A DNA stretch of 64,000 bases from the human T2T-CHM13v2.0 reference genome, Homo sapiens. Under the pieces are notes generated by a model. It was not told where the DNA came from and ran no database searches. It was given only the letters and a program-made list of their open reading frames with translations. Each line of letters opens with the position of its first letter. Within the stretch, counting starts at the first letter, position 1. Shown here piece after piece: positions 62,526 through 64,000 of this stretch. The translations under genes and the position numbers were made by a program. Location: assembly GCF_009914755.1 (NCBI RefSeq), contig NC_060940.1; one strand, 5' to 3'.

Positions 62526-62921
62526 CACATACAAAGATGTTCATGCCATTTTTCATCCTCTATCTCAAATAGCCAGTAAGGCATGGAGTGGGCTTCCACC
62601 CTGGGACCCCAGCCCTAAGACCTGCACCTTTTTCTACTCCAGAGTCCTTGCCCTCCACACGCTCTGTAAAGAGCATAGCTGCCGAAACCAGCTTGAGGCA
62701 GTCCCAAGGCCCGGCATCTTGATGTCGCAGATGCTGCTTGGGGCCAGGAGAGTCACCCTACAAAGTGTGTTCCAGCATTTACTTTGAGACCTGTTGGTGA
62801 TTAGCAGGTGATTTCTACTTGCAGACAAGGCCCATCATGGCTTCTGTGCCCTGTGTGGCCAGGCCTTGCCTCCTTGGCCGCATGACTGTGGTGAAACAGC
62901 CAAAGATGGTTCAGACTAGAA

Positions 62922-63132
62922 CAGAGATCAGAAAATGATGGCCCACAGGCCAAATCTTACCCTCCACCTGTTTTTTATAAGTAAAGTTTTATTGGAACAT
63001 GCCCAGTCATTCACACTTCATGTATAGCTTCTTATTATAAGGGCAAAGTTGAGTTGTAACTGAGATGGAATGCCTCCCTGGAGCCTAGTATGTTTAGTCT
63101 CACCCTTTATAGGAAGTTTGCCAACCTATGGG
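62922..63132. mobile_element. MER58A DNA transposon
   Basis: 'ggcccacaggccaaatc..cacctgtttttataagtaaagttttattggaaca..ccctttataggaagtttgccaacc'. Confidence 0.82.
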
Positions 63133-63290
63133 CTAGAATACTGAGGCTGATGTACACTCACATGTAAAGGGAATACCTTCCATACCGCATGTAGTGATAT
63201 GGAAAAAATCTCCATGACATTATTACTAAGAGGATAAAGCATGGAAGAGTACCACACAATACCTTTCTAATTTTAGAAATAGCAAATATG

Positions 63291-63583
<293 letters not shown>

Positions 63584-64000
63584 CCAAACACCAAATATGA
63601 GGATATATACTTCCACCGGTGCATACATACGTGCTTCTATGTGTAATGTATACCTGTAGAAAGACACATTAAAAAGTAACCGTCACTTAGTGGAGGACCA
63701 AGGTGGGAAGACTCACTTTTTCATGTATTCACCCCCCTCATGCTCTTATTCTACACTCCTGTGTTGCCTATTTAAAAAAGGTGATAAAATAGTTGAAAAA
63801 GTGTAGAGGCTGAATAGCTGAGATAAGGAAGAGGGAGCCAAGAATATGTGTTAATTTACCTTTTTACAGATGATTTTTGAGCAGTATTTTCATGATAGAC
63901 TTTCTGGGAGGAAACCTGTGACGGGAGGGGAAGCTCAGAATTGCTGGTTTTATTTAAGTGGAAATAAATTTTTAGTTGAATCATAAAGGTAGAATGGGCT

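Overview
Human (or great-ape) genomic DNA that is almost entirely intronic. The only recognisable protein-coding sequence is a 140-nt + strand exon at 37738-37877. It encodes DAKFVEERRKQLQNYLRSVMNKVIQMVPEFAASPKKETLIQLMPFF(V), the C-terminal part of the PX domain of sorting nexin 29 (SNX29, chr16p13). From memory this is the penultimate coding exon; a segmental-duplication paralogue cannot be excluded without alignment. The ORF track misses this exon. About 1.7 kb downstream is a candidate alternative last exon (acceptor at 39587/39588, stop 39649-39651, poly(A) signals at 40121-40435). The rest is dense interspersed repeat: about 33 Alu/FLAM copies, a 2.1-kb 5'-truncated L1PA, old L1M/L2/MIR fragments, MaLR LTRs (MLT1, MSTA, THE1) and DNA transposon fossils (MER5, MER20, MER44A, MER58A, MER102, Charlie4). 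The provided ORFs appear to be L1 remnants, Alu translations or chance. I see no convincing new gene system. The best leads are: (i) the alternative SNX29 C-terminal exon, possibly carrying a 1-nt frameshift relative to other mammals; (ii) an antisense THE1 LTR with two micro-inversions, a DUX4-type motif and an intact splice donor; (iii) an apparent excess of C<->G transversions and template-switch scars in the repeats. Repeat boundaries and subfamilies were assigned by eye from remembered consensus sequences and are approximate.
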